Assembly: GCA_963788195.1 (NCBI GenBank) | Contig: CAWBGA010000001.1 | Location: forward strand, 256,001 to 320,000 | Reading direction: 5' to 3' | Length of the DNA stretch: 64,000 bases | Source of the DNA: Nitrospirota bacterium | GTDB lineage: Bacteria > Nitrospirota > Nitrospiria > Nitrospirales > NS-4 | In this document: positions 20,272 to 31,858 of the stretch, in pieces | Layout of the letters: every line of letters starts with the position of its first letter | Numbering within the stretch: the first letter of the stretch is position 1 | Notes under the pieces: generated by a model | Databases searched by the model: none | What the model was told of the DNA's origin: nothing | What the model saw: only the letters and a program-made list of their open reading frames with translations | Program-made: the position numbers and the translations under genes

Positions 20272-21554
20272 AGGCATCCGCAGCCTTCAGGGATCCGGCG
20301 CGGCGGCGATCGGCCCCGCTCTCGAACGTCTGATCCAGGCTTGCCTCTTTGTGTATATTGTTGCTCTTCCCTTTCGCCGTCTTTTGTTCCTCGAGCGAAA
20401 CGGCTTTATCCTGTTGCTCCTGCTGCTCGGGCTCTGGTGCGCAGTGAACCGCACCCATTTCTTCCAGCGAACAGCCATTGATCTGCCGCTCGCCGACATT
20501 TGTGGGCTGGGTCGGACTTTCCATTCCCTTCGCCACGAACCCTGATTACAGCGTGGACGAATTCGGCAAGCTTTTGCAGCAGGTTTTGCTCTTTTACGCG
20601 GTGCTGTACTTTTTTGGCGTCGAGCCGTATAGACGGCGGCTTCTGTGGGCGCTGATTGTTGCGTCCGTGATCATCAGTGCGTACGGGATTGTGGAATTCT
20701 TTGGCATGGCGGGGTTGCTGCCGGCGTTCAAACAGCTCAGGGAGCTCGAGTCATTCACTCCCGGTGAGGTCTGGCTCACGACATATCTTGTTATGACCAT
20801 CCCGGTCTGTCTCACATTCATGCTGTTTGAACAGCGCCTGTTTGAGCGGGGCGTGTATGCCGTAGCCACGGCCCTCGGGGTCGTGTGCCTGCTGCTCACG
20901 AACTCCCGGGCCGGGCTCCTGGCCCTTCTGGCCGAGCTCGGGCTGGTGATTCTCGTGCTACGTCGCAAAACGCTGATACTTGGTGTCGCAGTGTTTTGCG
21001 TGGTGATCATAGCGATGGAGGCCTTGGTGGTTCATTACAAGGTCGTGGCGCTGCCGGGGACCACCATTAACGTCAGGGGTCTCGGAACCTTGCCTCTGCT
21101 CCACCGGTTCGAGATTTGGCAGTTCACGACCAAGCAGATCATGCTCCACCCTCTTTTCGGCATCGGCTATGGCAAGGATAACTTCCGATTGGTGTATGGT
21201 GCATCGAGCGAGCCGGATCCGGGCAAGGACGCGGCGGTGCTCCCAGCCGGCACCCACAATATTTTTCTCGATCTGGCGCTGGGGGCGGGTATCCCCGCCG
21301 CAGCCGTCTTCATATGGCTCCTGTGGAGGATTGTGGCAACCGCACTCAAGAACTTCCAAAAGGCGACGTTATCGGCCTCAAAAGCCTTGACGTTGGGAGT
21401 TGCAGCGGGTGTGATCGGCATGACCGTCCGGCTTTCTTTTGATCAGATGCTGATCGGGACCCTGGCGGTGCAATTTTGGATTTGGGTTGCGCTCTGTCTC
21501 AGCGTGCAGTATTCGCTGGAATCAGATAAGACTGCCACCGTTCTGAACCGCTGA
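20261..21554 (+). CDS. O-antigen ligase/polymerase family (Wzy_C, WaaL-like), apparent frameshift ~20490
   Basis: Multi-TM protein with LTNSRAG, HRFEIW, HPLFGIG, THNIFL. Confidence 0.8.
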
Positions 21555-21564
21555 TGGGTGGGGG

Positions 21565-23476
21565 ATGGAAAAAACGTTAAAGCATTTCAGCATTAAGCTC
21601 TTTCAACTGATGTCTGCAGGGTTCGGCCAGTTGTTGCTTCGTCATCGCGGAACTGTAGTCGTTAGTATTCAGGTGGGACTCATCTTGGCGGCAAACGTCA
21701 TGGCCTTTGTCCTGCGGTTTGAGGGGGACATTCCCCGGGCCTATCAATTTCGGATGCTTCAAGTGCCTTCCGCTTGTCGCGTTGGTGTATGGGTCCGGGC
21801 TATGGATTTTCGGGATTCATCGCGGGCTTTGGCGCTACGTGGGGCTGCATGATCTTGGCAGAATCTTTTGGAGCGCGCTCGCCAGCACGGTTTTTCTATT
21901 CCTTCTCATTGCCCTGTTGATGGGCTGGAAGGACTATCCGCGTTCGGTCATCATTCTGACCGGCCTGCTCTCGGCCGGATTTTTAGCCGGCATCAGATTG
22001 GTCGTCCGCTCATTCAGAGAATGGCTGCAGATTGCCGGTCCGAGCGCCCGGCGGGTGTTGATCGTCGGCGCCGGCAACGCCGGCGAACTGCTCGTCCGCG
22101 ACCTGCAAATCAATCCCTCTTATAATTATCGGCCGGTCGCGTTCGTGGACGACGATCCGGTCAAACGGAAGGTTCGAATTCATGGGGTCCCGGTGGTCGG
22201 GACCATTAGTGATATCCCCAAGGCCGTTGAGCAGTATAAGGCCAGAGAAATTATCGTGGCGATCCCCTCGGCGACGCCGAAGGTCATGCAAAGCATTTTG
22301 GCGGCTTGCGAGTCCTGCTCGGTCCCCTTGAAGACTCTGCCGAACGTAAAACAATTGCTGGACAGCCCCGTGTCGATCCGGCGCGTCCGTCCGCTCAGCC
22401 TGGAAGACCTCCTGCAACGCGAACCGATTCAGAGGAATCTCCAAGAACTTCATCCGCTCCTAGAAGGAAAACGGATTGTCGTCACAGGCGCGGGCGGCTC
22501 GATCGGCTCAGAGTTGTGCCGGCAAATCGCCACATACCGCCCGGCGTTGTTGGTTCTCTTTGAACGTCACGAGAATAGCCTCTACGCGATAGATCTAGAG
22601 CTCCGAGAAGCCTTTCCTCACCTGGAGATCCTCGCCGTAGTCGGTGACATCAATCATGTGGAGCGGGTCACTGAAGTCTTTACAGCATGTTCCCCCAACC
22701 TGATTTTTCACGCCGCGGCCCACAAACATGTTCCGCTGATGGAACGCAATGCCGTGGAGGCGGTCCGAAACAATGTCTTTGGGACTCACGTGGTCGCGAA
22801 AGCGGCGGTGGCCGTCGGCGTGGACCACTTCGTCTTGATCTCAACGGATAAGGCCGTAAACCCCACGAGTGTGATGGGCGCCACCAAGCAGCTTGCCGAG
22901 GGGCTTGTCCGGGAGATGAACCGCCAGGGGGGCAGCAAGTTTAGCGTCGTGCGTTTTGGAAACGTGCTGGGGAGCAACGGCAGCGTGGTACCGCGATTTA
23001 CCGAACAGATCCGCAAAGGTGGGCCGGTAACGGTGACTCACCCTGACATAAAGCGCTTCTTCATGACGATTCCGGAGGCAGTCCATCTGGTTCTGCAGGC
23101 CAGCGTGATGGGACAGGGCGGCGATGTGTTTGTTCTGGATATGGGTGAGCAGATCCACGTGGCCACCTTGGCTCGCAATATGATCTTGTTGTCGGGCCAT
23201 CGGCCTGGGCACGACATTAAGATAGAGTATACCGGTCTTCGCCCGGGCGAGAAGTTGTTTGAAGAACTGTTCGATGACACGGAGCGAGTGGAAGGCACCG
23301 TGCACCACAAGATCAAGCGCGCTATCGGTAGGGAAACATTCTCTGGCGGGCACTTCTCCCGATACTTAACCGATCTTCAGAACTTATGCGAGTCGGGGCA
23401 GGCCGAGGACCTCGTCATCGACAAGTTGCGCGAGATTGTCACCAACTATCAGCCAGCCTACAGCGATGGCCCGTAA
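21565..23476 (+). CDS. Nucleoside-diphosphate sugar 4,6-dehydratase (CapD/PglF/WbpM), apparent frameshift ~21760
   Basis: TGAGGSIGSELCRQ, HAAAHKHVP, ISTDKAVNP, RFGNVLGSNGSV, RPGEKLFEEL. Confidence 0.92.
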
Positions 23477-24014
23477 TCGACCGGCAGTGTCTTCACGAGA
23501 GCTTCGGAAGAGGCTGCGTCATATCCGCATGCTGGCGATGGATGTGGATGGAGTGCTCACCGATGGGGGCATGTACTACTCCGAGACCGGAGACGAGCTG
23601 AAGAAGTTTAACACGCGTGACGGGATGGGCATCAAGATGCTGCAATTTGCGGGCATTGCGACTGTCTTTATCACGAAGGAGAAGACGGCAATTGTAGAGC
23701 GCCGGGGGCGAAAACTCGGAGTTCCCGAGGTCCACCAAGGCGTCGACGACAAATTATCGCTCCTGACGCGCCTGATCAAGAAATACCGTCTGAGTCTCAA
23801 GGAGGTTGCGTATGTCGGGGATGATGTCAATGACCTTGAAACCTTGAGAGTTGTCGGATTTTCCGCAGCGCCCGCCGATGCGATGCCCTCAGTCCTGCAA
23901 GCGGTACATTATGTGTGCAGCAAACGCGGTGGCGAGGGGGTCATCCGCGAAGTCTCGGACCTGATTCTCGGCCGTTCCGCCCACCAACCGTTGAATTTTG
24001 GCAAGACTTCCTAA
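23466..24014 (+). CDS. kdsC: KDO 8-phosphate phosphatase (HAD, KdsC-like)
   Basis: MDVDGVLTDG, FNTRDGMG, YVGDDVND, GGEGVIRE. Confidence 0.85.
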   Translation: MARNRPAVSSRELRKRLRHIRMLAMDVDGVLTDGGMYYSETGDELKKFNTRDGMGIKMLQFAGIATVFITKEKTAIVERRGRKLGVPEVHQGVDDKLSLLTRLIKKYRLSLKEVAYVGDDVNDLETLRVVGFSAAPADAMPSVLQAVHYVCSKRGGEGVIREVSDLILGRSAHQPLNFGKTS

Positions 24015-24096
24015 TACCTTTTCGCGGGCGTGTACTTTTGAGAGATTGACTGTGACATCTCGAATTTCTACCATGGCCAGACACGCGGACTAACCC

Positions 24097-25062
24097 ATGG
24101 ATATTTTGTCCGAAATCAGGCGTGTGATCGCGCTCGAGAACCGTACCGTGGCCCGCCTTCATGAGACTGTCGGCCCTGCGTATGAGGAAGCGGTTCGCTT
24201 GCTGTACGCCTGCCCAGGAAAAGTCATTCTTACCGGCATTGGAAAATCGGGAATTATTGCGCAAAAAATCGCGTCAACCCTGGCATCGACCGGCATGCCC
24301 GCCTTGTTCCTCCACCCCACCGAGGGGATGCACGGCGACATCGGCATCGCGCGCAAAGAGGACATTATTATCGCCATCGGGAGATCCGGAGAGAGCGAGG
24401 AACTCATCGCCTTGCTGCCCTCCATACGCAAAATCGGGGCCCGCCTCATCTCGATTACCGCAAAGGCGGACTCCACGATGGCCCGCCATTCCGATATCGT
24501 TCTGGTGACCCCGGTGGATGAGGAAGCGTGTCCATTGAATATGGCGCCGACCTGCAGTACAACGGCCGCGCTGGTCGTCGGGGATGCCTTGGCGATGGCG
24601 TTGATGAAACTTCGAAACATCCAGCCCGAGGAGTTTGCTCAATATCATCCGGGCGGCCAGCTCGGGAAGCGCCTGCTCTTAACGGTTCGTGATTTGATGC
24701 GGACGGGACCGAGGAATCCTGTTGTGCATATCACAGCGTCCGTGAAAGATCTGTTTTCCGAAATCACCGACAAGCATCTCGGAGCGGTTTCCGTGGTGGA
24801 CGATACCGGAACACTTATGGGACTGGTCACTGACTACGATATTCGCCGAGCGGTGGGCGAAGGCCGGAACATCTTCTCCATGACGATCATGCAAATTATG
24901 AATCCCAAACCCATCGCAATCCCGGCCGACAATAAAGCCATCGAGGCTCTCAGGATTATGGAAGAACGAGAAAAGCCGTTAGCCGTTCTGCCGGTGATCG
25001 AGGAGAACCGTATGGTCTGCGGCATGATCCATCTTCACGACCTCATCGATAAAGGATTGTAA
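24097..25062 (+). CDS. kdsD: Arabinose 5-phosphate isomerase (SIS + CBS domains)
   Basis: TGIGKSG, HGDIG, EACPLNMAPT, HPGGQLG. Confidence 0.9.
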   Translation: MDILSEIRRVIALENRTVARLHETVGPAYEEAVRLLYACPGKVILTGIGKSGIIAQKIASTLASTGMPALFLHPTEGMHGDIGIARKEDIIIAIGRSGESEELIALLPSIRKIGARLISITAKADSTMARHSDIVLVTPVDEEACPLNMAPTCSTTAALVVGDALAMALMKLRNIQPEEFAQYHPGGQLGKRLLLTVRDLMRTGPRNPVVHITASVKDLFSEITDKHLGAVSVVDDTGTLMGLVTDYDIRRAVGEGRNIFSMTIMQIMNPKPIAIPADNKAIEALRIMEEREKPLAVLPVIEENRMVCGMIHLHDLIDKGL

Positions 25063-25064
25063 TT

Positions 25065-26510
25065 GTGAGAGATCATCTCTATGCAGTCATCCTCGCCGGC
25101 GGGAGCGGGACCCGCTTCTGGCCTCTGAGCCGGGAACTCTACCCCAAGCAGTTTCTAAAAGTGCTGAGCGATCGCACGTTGATCCAGGAAACAGCGAGGC
25201 GCGTGACGCCATGGATTCCGGCGGACCGCGTGCTGGTGATTACCGGAGAGTCTCATGCCGATGCGGTCCGGTTGCAGTTAGCCGAAATCGGAATCCCGAA
25301 AACCAACATCTTTTTCGAACCCACCGGGCGAAACACGGCTCCCGCGATAGGGTGGGCGGCGCAAGCGATACAACGGCGCGATCCCCAAGGAATCATGTTG
25401 GTGATGCCATCTGATCACATTATTCCGGACGCTGCTCCGTTCCTCCAAGGGGTGGAATTGGCCATCCGGGTAGCGGAGCAGAAATGGCTGGTGACATTCG
25501 GAATCAAACCTGACCGGCCCGAGACTGGTTACGGGTATATCCAGGGACGGCCTCGGAGAATCTTGGGCTCGCAGGATGACCTTACTGCTCTGGGGGTGAC
25601 GCGGTTCGTCGAGAAACCAGACCTTGCGACGGCCAAGCGCTATGTGCGAAGCGGGAAGTTCTACTGGAACAGCGGTATCTTCATCTGGCGGGCCGACGTG
25701 ATTCTCAAGGAGATGAAAAAGTACTTACCAGGCCTCTACGAGAGTCTGGCCAAGCTCGGGAGCGCAATCGACACTCCAGATGTGGCATGCGCAATCAAAG
25801 AATTCTATCGGGATACAGAGTCAATCTCCATTGACTACGGCGTGTTGCAAAAAACCCGACGAGCGGCTGTGATTCAGGCGCCGTTTAAATGGAGCGATAT
25901 CGGGAATTGGAGCAGTCTGGGAGACGTGGGGGAGAAGGATGAACAGGGCAATATCCGCATCGGAGCAATTATAGATATCGACAGTCGCGACTCGATCCTT
26001 TACGGCGAACAACGACTCGTGGCTACGATCGGCCTCAGCGACATGGTGGTGGTAGATACTGCCGATGCGACATTGGTGTGCCCAAAGGACCGCGCTCAGG
26101 ACGTCAAACAGCTTGTCGAACTTCTACGCAAGCGTAAGGCGCCGGAACAGCTGATCCATCGAACCGTGCAGCGCCCATGGGGAAGCTACACCGTGCTGGA
26201 AGAAGGGCCGGGCTATAAAGTGAAGCGGATAAGCGTGATGCCCGGCGGCCGGCTGTCGCTTCAAATGCATCACAAGAGAAGTGAGCACTGGGTGGTGACA
26301 GCGGGCCAGGCGCGCGTAACGTGCAACGACCGTATCTTCGACGTTGGCACATCTGAGAGCACGATGATTCCGCAGGGCAGCGCGCACCGGCTCGAAAATC
26401 AGGGGAAAGACATTCTTGAGATCATAGAAACCCAGTGCGGGGAATATGTGGGAGAAGATGACATCGTTCGCTTGTCAGACGACTATGGCCGCTGTGAAAC
26501 AAAACCATGA
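25065..26510 (+). CDS. manC: Mannose-1-phosphate guanylyltransferase / mannose-6-phosphate isomerase
   Basis: LAGGSGTRFWPLSRELYPKQF, WNSGIF, RPWGSY, SLQMHHKRSEHW. Confidence 0.95.
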   Translation: MRDHLYAVILAGGSGTRFWPLSRELYPKQFLKVLSDRTLIQETARRVTPWIPADRVLVITGESHADAVRLQLAEIGIPKTNIFFEPTGRNTAPAIGWAAQAIQRRDPQGIMLVMPSDHIIPDAAPFLQGVELAIRVAEQKWLVTFGIKPDRPETGYGYIQGRPRRILGSQDDLTALGVTRFVEKPDLATAKRYVRSGKFYWNSGIFIWRADVILKEMKKYLPGLYESLAKLGSAIDTPDVACAIKEFYRDTESISIDYGVLQKTRRAAVIQAPFKWSDIGNWSSLGDVGEKDEQGNIRIGAIIDIDSRDSILYGEQRLVATIGLSDMVVVDTADATLVCPKDRAQDVKQLVELLRKRKAPEQLIHRTVQRPWGSYTVLEEGPGYKVKRISVMPGGRLSLQMHHKRSEHWVVTAGQARVTCNDRIFDVGTSESTMIPQGSAHRLENQGKDILEIIETQCGEYVGEDDIVRLSDDYGRCETKP

Positions 26511-27877
26511 GCATTTTTAGAGAATACGATATTCGCGGCGTTGTCGGGAAGGATTTGACACCAAGGTTGGCCGAGAACATCGGGCTCGCGTATGGCACCC
26601 GCGCGGCCCGAGCGGGTGCCACATCCGTGGCTGTGGCGCGTGATGGTCGCACCACCGCCATTGAGATGCGAGATGCGCTGATCAAAGGGATCACCGCGTG
26701 CGGCGTAGACGTCGTGGACATCGGTGTCTGTCCGACGCCGCTTTTATACTTCGCCCTGTTCACCTTGCCCGTGGGCGGCGGAGTGATGGTGACGGCCAGC
26801 CACAATCCGCCGGAGTATAACGGCTTCAAACTCTCCATCGGCAAAGCCTCGATGCATGGCGCCGACATTCAGTCCCTGAAGGAGGACATCGACGAGGGGC
26901 GGTTTCAGCCGGCTGAACGACGGGGTCGGGTCTCTGAGCGAACGATAATTCCGGAATATCTGGCTTACATCAAACAATCGTTTGCCGGACTCGATGCCGG
27001 GCGCATTCATGCCGTCGTGGATTGCGGCAACGGGATGGGCGGACTGGTTGGACCGGACGCGCTGAGTCTCCTGGGTTGTCGCGTCACCCCAATGTACGTC
27101 GAGGTCGACGGACGGTTTCCGAACCACCCGCCGGACCCCACGGTTGTCGCGAACCTTCAGGATCTGATCTCTACAGTGCGTAAGACAAGAGCAAACGTCG
27201 GGATTGCATACGACGGAGATGCGGACCGTATCGGCGCGGTGGATGAGCGCGGCGAGATTATCTGGGGCGATAAGCTGATGGTGCTTTTCGCTCGCGATAT
27301 CCTCAAAGCGAAACCGGGCGCCACCATCATTTCCGAAGTCAAAGCCTCCCAGACACTTTATGACGATATCGCTACGCGCGGCGGGATTCCGATCATGTGG
27401 AAAACCGGGCACTCGCTGATCAAGGCGAAGATGAAGGAAGAGCAGGCGGCTTTGGCGGGTGAAATGTCGGGGCACATGTTTTTCGCCGACCGCTATTTCG
27501 GGTATGACGACGCGATCTATGCCTCGTGCAGGCTGATTGAGATTCTCACAAAAGCCGGGCATCCCCTCTCTTCACTGCTGGCCGACTTGCCGCCAACCAT
27601 CGCGACTCCTGAGATTCGGGTGGATTGTCCCGACGACATCAAATTTCAGGTCGTGGAGGCAGCCAAGAAAGAACTGGCCCGCGAATATGATATCATCGAT
27701 ATCGATGGCGTACGGGTCTTATTCCCTGACGGCTGGGGATTAATCCGCGCATCGAACACGCAGCCGGCGCTCGTCCTGCGGTTTGAGGCTGTCTCGCAAG
27801 GAGCCTTGGCCCGTATCCGCGAGGTCGTCGAATCTCAGGTGAGGAAGCACGTCCCACTGACGCTGACTGCTCATTGA
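26507..27877 (+). CDS. algC: Phosphomannomutase/phosphoglucomutase
   Basis: FREYDIRG, TASHNP, DGDADR, GEMSGH, RASNT. Confidence 0.93.
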   Translation: MSIFREYDIRGVVGKDLTPRLAENIGLAYGTRAARAGATSVAVARDGRTTAIEMRDALIKGITACGVDVVDIGVCPTPLLYFALFTLPVGGGVMVTASHNPPEYNGFKLSIGKASMHGADIQSLKEDIDEGRFQPAERRGRVSERTIIPEYLAYIKQSFAGLDAGRIHAVVDCGNGMGGLVGPDALSLLGCRVTPMYVEVDGRFPNHPPDPTVVANLQDLISTVRKTRANVGIAYDGDADRIGAVDERGEIIWGDKLMVLFARDILKAKPGATIISEVKASQTLYDDIATRGGIPIMWKTGHSLIKAKMKEEQAALAGEMSGHMFFADRYFGYDDAIYASCRLIEILTKAGHPLSSLLADLPPTIATPEIRVDCPDDIKFQVVEAAKKELAREYDIIDIDGVRVLFPDGWGLIRASNTQPALVLRFEAVSQGALARIREVVESQVRKHVPLTLTAH

Positions 27878-27911
27878 GAGCTCCCAGCAGAACGTTGTTC
27901 CGCAAACTACG

Positions 27912-28712
27912 ATGCCAAGGGTCCCCACAGGCTTACCGTTCACACTCGTATTGGTCCTAGCCCTCGCAATTTCTTTTCCCTGCCCTTCGACCGCTGCCAC
28001 TTCCTCTAATACCGTACAACGGCTGCAGATCGGCGAGCGGCTTGGCTATGCCTTAAGTTGGGGCAAGATCTCCGCCGGAACTGCGGTGCTTGAAGTTGTT
28101 GGCCGCGAAGCCCTCAGCGGCCGTCAGCTTCTCCAATTGCTGCACAGTGCCCGGACCAATGACTTCGTTTCGTTCTTCTATCCTGTCAACAATCGTGTCG
28201 AGTCTTTCATCGACGAGGAGGCACTACCCGCCCGGCTGTTGTTCAAGCGCCGCGAGGGGAAGAAGAAGAACGACATAGAGGTGCTCTTCGATCAAGCGGC
28301 TCATCTTGCCGTCGTCACAACAGACGGCGTGAAGGAGACGATCGCGGTGCCGGCGGGCGTGCAGGACACGCTGTCGTGCCTCTATGCCTTTCGTTCCCTG
28401 CCACTGTCGGCCGTAGGCCAAAGCGTGAGCATCAACGTGTATCATGATAAGAAGATTTACCAGTTGGAGCTTCGGGTCGAAGGTTTTGAGCGAATGCAAA
28501 CCACTCTTGGAGAAGTCGATACCATCAGGGTCCTGGCGATCATGCCGTTTCGTGGACTTTTTTTGAATGAGGGCAATATCAGAGTGTGGTTTACCAATGA
28601 CACCACTCGCATCCCCGTCCTGATGCGCGCGAAGGTCATCGTAGGGTCGATCTCAGCCACATTGACATCGTTGGAGGGCAACGTCCCGCCGACCCAGCGA
28701 GCAACCCCGTAA
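27912..28712 (+). CDS. DUF3108-family exported beta-rich protein
   Basis: Signal peptide, GERLGYALSW, QDTLSCLY, VWFTNDTTRIPV. Confidence 0.75.
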   Translation: MPRVPTGLPFTLVLVLALAISFPCPSTAATSSNTVQRLQIGERLGYALSWGKISAGTAVLEVVGREALSGRQLLQLLHSARTNDFVSFFYPVNNRVESFIDEEALPARLLFKRREGKKKNDIEVLFDQAAHLAVVTTDGVKETIAVPAGVQDTLSCLYAFRSLPLSAVGQSVSINVYHDKKIYQLELRVEGFERMQTTLGEVDTIRVLAIMPFRGLFLNEGNIRVWFTNDTTRIPVLMRAKVIVGSISATLTSLEGNVPPTQRATP

Positions 28713-28732
28713 CGCCTGCCCGAAAATCGGCG

Positions 28733-28762
28733 TTGCTCCAGGCGAAGAAGAGCAGATATAAT
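28733..28762 (+). promoter_or_regulatory. Putative sigma70 promoter for fbp
   Basis: TTGCTC-18 nt-TATAAT. Confidence 0.45.
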
Positions 28763-28795
28763 CACAAGTCACTCTAAATAAGCGCGACACTCCGG

Positions 28796-29797
28796 ATGAA
28801 CCGCAAAGCGTTCACACTCAACCAATTCATTATTGACACCCAGTCAGGCAATCCCGCCGCGATTCGAGAATTCGCGGCGCTCATGGCGCACATTGGCTTG
28901 ATCGGAAAACTGATCGATCGTGACCTTCGTCGGGCGGGCCTCAATGATATCCTGGGGACGACCGGCGAGACCAATGTCCAAGGAGAGGCCGTCAAGAAAC
29001 TCGACAATATCGGAAATGACACCATCGTCAAAGTTTTTCATCACACGGGATTGGTCTGCGCGCTTGCGTCAGAGGAGATGGAAAAACCGCTCATCCTCTC
29101 GGAGAACTGGCCCGAGGGCAAGTATATGCTCTTGTTTGATCCGCTGGACGGTTCTTCGAACACGGACGTGAACATGCCGATGGGGACTATTTTTTCGGTC
29201 CTGAGGTATGACGGCGCCGCCGAGCCGACGCCGGTGGACCTCGTGCGAGGCGGCACCCAGCAGGTGGCGGCGGGTTATTTAATGTATGGGCCCAGCGCCG
29301 TGCTCGTCTTCACGTCCGGCAAGGGCGTACACGAATTCACGCTTGATCCGGACCTGGGGGAATTCCTGCTTTCCCGTGAGAGCATCGCCATACCGAGGTA
29401 CGGGACGGTCTATAGCGCCAATGAAGGCAATATACGCAAGTGGATCCCTGGTGCCCGCAAGTTCATTGAGCATGTGAAGGACTCCGAGTCAACGACGGGT
29501 CGAATCTACACCCTCCGATACTCGGGGTGTTTGGCGGCCGATGTCCATCGTCTCCTTGTCGGCGGTGGAATATATCTCTATCCGGCGCAGACTGATAAGC
29601 CGGATGGCAAGCTTCGCTTGCTGTATGAAGCTAATCCGCTCGCTATGGTGGTCGAACAGGCAGGCGGTCGAGCGAGTACCGGTGTGGAACGCATCTTAAC
29701 CCTGCAGCCCAAGACCCTGCATCAACGGGTACCGTTGGTGATCGGCAGCGTCGAAGATGTTGAGATAGCTGATGCCTTTATTCAGGGAAAGCGGTAA
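28796..29797 (+). CDS. fbp: Class 1 fructose-1,6-bisphosphatase
   Basis: NVQGE, ASEE, FDPLDGSSN, RYSG, KLRLLYEANP. Confidence 0.95.
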   Translation: MNRKAFTLNQFIIDTQSGNPAAIREFAALMAHIGLIGKLIDRDLRRAGLNDILGTTGETNVQGEAVKKLDNIGNDTIVKVFHHTGLVCALASEEMEKPLILSENWPEGKYMLLFDPLDGSSNTDVNMPMGTIFSVLRYDGAAEPTPVDLVRGGTQQVAAGYLMYGPSAVLVFTSGKGVHEFTLDPDLGEFLLSRESIAIPRYGTVYSANEGNIRKWIPGARKFIEHVKDSESTTGRIYTLRYSGCLAADVHRLLVGGGIYLYPAQTDKPDGKLRLLYEANPLAMVVEQAGGRASTGVERILTLQPKTLHQRVPLVIGSVEDVEIADAFIQGKR

Positions 29798-29806
29798 GGT
29801 GGAGCC

Positions 29807-30320
29807 ATGACAAAGCGCGTTCATGAAATTCTCAGTTGGTATGCCGGTGAAAATCCGGGCGTGCTCGCCAATCTGTCCCGCTTATTGAATCATGGTACCC
29901 TCGCAGGGACGGGTAAATGTCTGATACTGCCGGTGGATCAGGGTTTCGAGCATGGTCGCCTATGCGGCTCAGATCGCGGCTCAGCTCGGAGCCCATGTGA
30001 TTAAGGTGAAGCTTCCGACGGATCAATTGGAGCAGCCGGCGGCGAAGAAGATCTACGAGTCCAAGCATATCCCGATCAAGACGCTAGCGGAACGCGTGCA
30101 CCATGTCGTCCAGTCCGCGTTCGATGGCCGGCGCATCGTGATTTTTTCCGGCGGCGCTGCCAAGGAAGACGACAAAGCCATTTTCGACGAAGCCCGTGCG
30201 ATTCGCGACGGAGGGGGATTCGGATCGATCATCGGCCGAAACTCGTTCCAGCGAAAGAAAGAGGACGCCCTGCTCCTGCTTCGCACCATCACCGGGATCT
30301 ATGCCGGCACGATCCCGTAA
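29807..30320 (+). pseudogene. fbaB: Class I (DhnA/FbaB-type) fructose-bisphosphate aldolase with a large internal deletion
   Basis: N-terminal ...LILPVDQGFEHG is joined directly, out of frame, to VAYAAQIAAQLGAHVIKVKLP...IIGRNSFQR; the central part including WSYPRG is absent. Confidence 0.75.
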
Positions 30321-31821
30321 CTCCATCTTTCTCGGCCTGCTTTTGATCGGCGTCGGCGCGCTGCTGGGGCTCATGGTTGCTTCCGATCTCGGGTGGTTGC
30401 CCGTCGGGCACGCCGTTCGTGAGGCAGTAGCGCCTCCGCCGCCCGCCCCCGTTCTTCCCGTGCCTGTCATTGTTCCACCGGGATCGGACCGGAATTTCGT
30501 GGACGTCGCGAGAGCGGTCACCCCGTCGGTGGTGAACATTTCCACCACCCGCACAAGCCGCACTCCCGAAGGCCACGGTTTTGCTCCCTTCGAAGATCCA
30601 TTTTTCCGGAGATTTTTCGGCGACGAATTATTCCGACGCTTCGAGGCGCCCAAGGACCGCCGCGAGCGAAGCCTGGGTTCCGGCGTCATTGTGGATCCCA
30701 ACGGTTACATCATCACCAACAATCACGTGGTGTCGAAGGCCGATGAAATCAAGGTGTTGCTGGACAACAAGCGCGAGTTAAAGGCCAAGGTGGTAGGCGT
30801 GGATCCCAAGTCGGACGTGGCCGTCATTAAGGTCGAGGCGCAAGGCCTCCCGATCGTCCCGTGGGCGAATTCGGATAAGCTCCAGGTCGGCGAATATGTC
30901 CTGGCCATCGGGAATCCCTTCGGCTTGAATCAGACCGTGACGATGGGAATCATCAGCGCCGTTGGACGTGCCAATGTGGGGATTGCCGAATATGAGGATT
31001 TCATCCAGACCGATGCCGCAATCAACCCGGGCAACTCTGGAGGGGCGCTCGTGAACGTCCGCGGCGAGCTAATCGGTATCAACACCGCCATCTTCAGCCA
31101 AAGCGGAGGTTACATGGGCATCGGGTTCGCCGTGCCCAGCAACATGGTTCGCTCTGTGATGGACCAGCTGATCAAGGGCGGGAAGGTCGTGCGGGGATAC
31201 ATGGGTGTGTCTATTCAAGAGCTGAGCCAGGATCTCGCCAAACAGTTCGGATCGCCCGAGACGCGTGGTGTCCTGATCACCGACGTCATGGTAGACAGTC
31301 CGGCAAAGCGGGGAAAACTTGAGCGCGGCGACGTCATTATTGAATTCGACGGCCATGCGGTCCTGAACCCCACGCAGTTTAGAAATCTGGTGGCCCAAAC
31401 CGCGGTCGGTAAGAAAGTGCATGTCAAAATACTGCGTAATGGGAAGCAGCGGGACCAGGAAATTATGGTTGTGGAGCAACCGCTCACCGTGGCACGCGCC
31501 GGAGCCGAGCCCGAGGAACAGGAACCACGCACGGAAGGCGTCTTTGCGGGCGTGGAAGTGCGGGATCTTTCTTCCGATCTCATTCGCCGTTTCAGCGTGC
31601 CTCGCGACAAGGCCGGGGTTCTTGTTGTGGGTGTGGCGCAGGGCAGCCCCTCGGAGGAAGCGGGCTTACGCGCCGGGGATGTCATTGCCGAGATCAACAG
31701 AAAGCCGATCACCAGTAATCGAGATTATTCCAAGGTCGTCGGAAGCCTTGGCCCTCAAGATCCCGCGCTCGTGCTTATTCTGAGAAACAGTCGAAATATC
31801 TACATCACGATCAAGCCCTAA
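30301..31821 (+). CDS. degP: HtrA/DegP (Do) serine protease with two PDZ domains
   Basis: GSGVIV, TNNHVV, DVAVIK, QTDAAINPGNSGG. Confidence 0.93.
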   Translation: MPARSRNSIFLGLLLIGVGALLGLMVASDLGWLPVGHAVREAVAPPPPAPVLPVPVIVPPGSDRNFVDVARAVTPSVVNISTTRTSRTPEGHGFAPFEDPFFRRFFGDELFRRFEAPKDRRERSLGSGVIVDPNGYIITNNHVVSKADEIKVLLDNKRELKAKVVGVDPKSDVAVIKVEAQGLPIVPWANSDKLQVGEYVLAIGNPFGLNQTVTMGIISAVGRANVGIAEYEDFIQTDAAINPGNSGGALVNVRGELIGINTAIFSQSGGYMGIGFAVPSNMVRSVMDQLIKGGKVVRGYMGVSIQELSQDLAKQFGSPETRGVLITDVMVDSPAKRGKLERGDVIIEFDGHAVLNPTQFRNLVAQTAVGKKVHVKILRNGKQRDQEIMVVEQPLTVARAGAEPEEQEPRTEGVFAGVEVRDLSSDLIRRFSVPRDKAGVLVVGVAQGSPSEEAGLRAGDVIAEINRKPITSNRDYSKVVGSLGPQDPALVLILRNSRNIYITIKP

Positions 31822-31858
31822 GCAGTCCCCTCGTCACTATTCGAATTCAGATTCTCCC

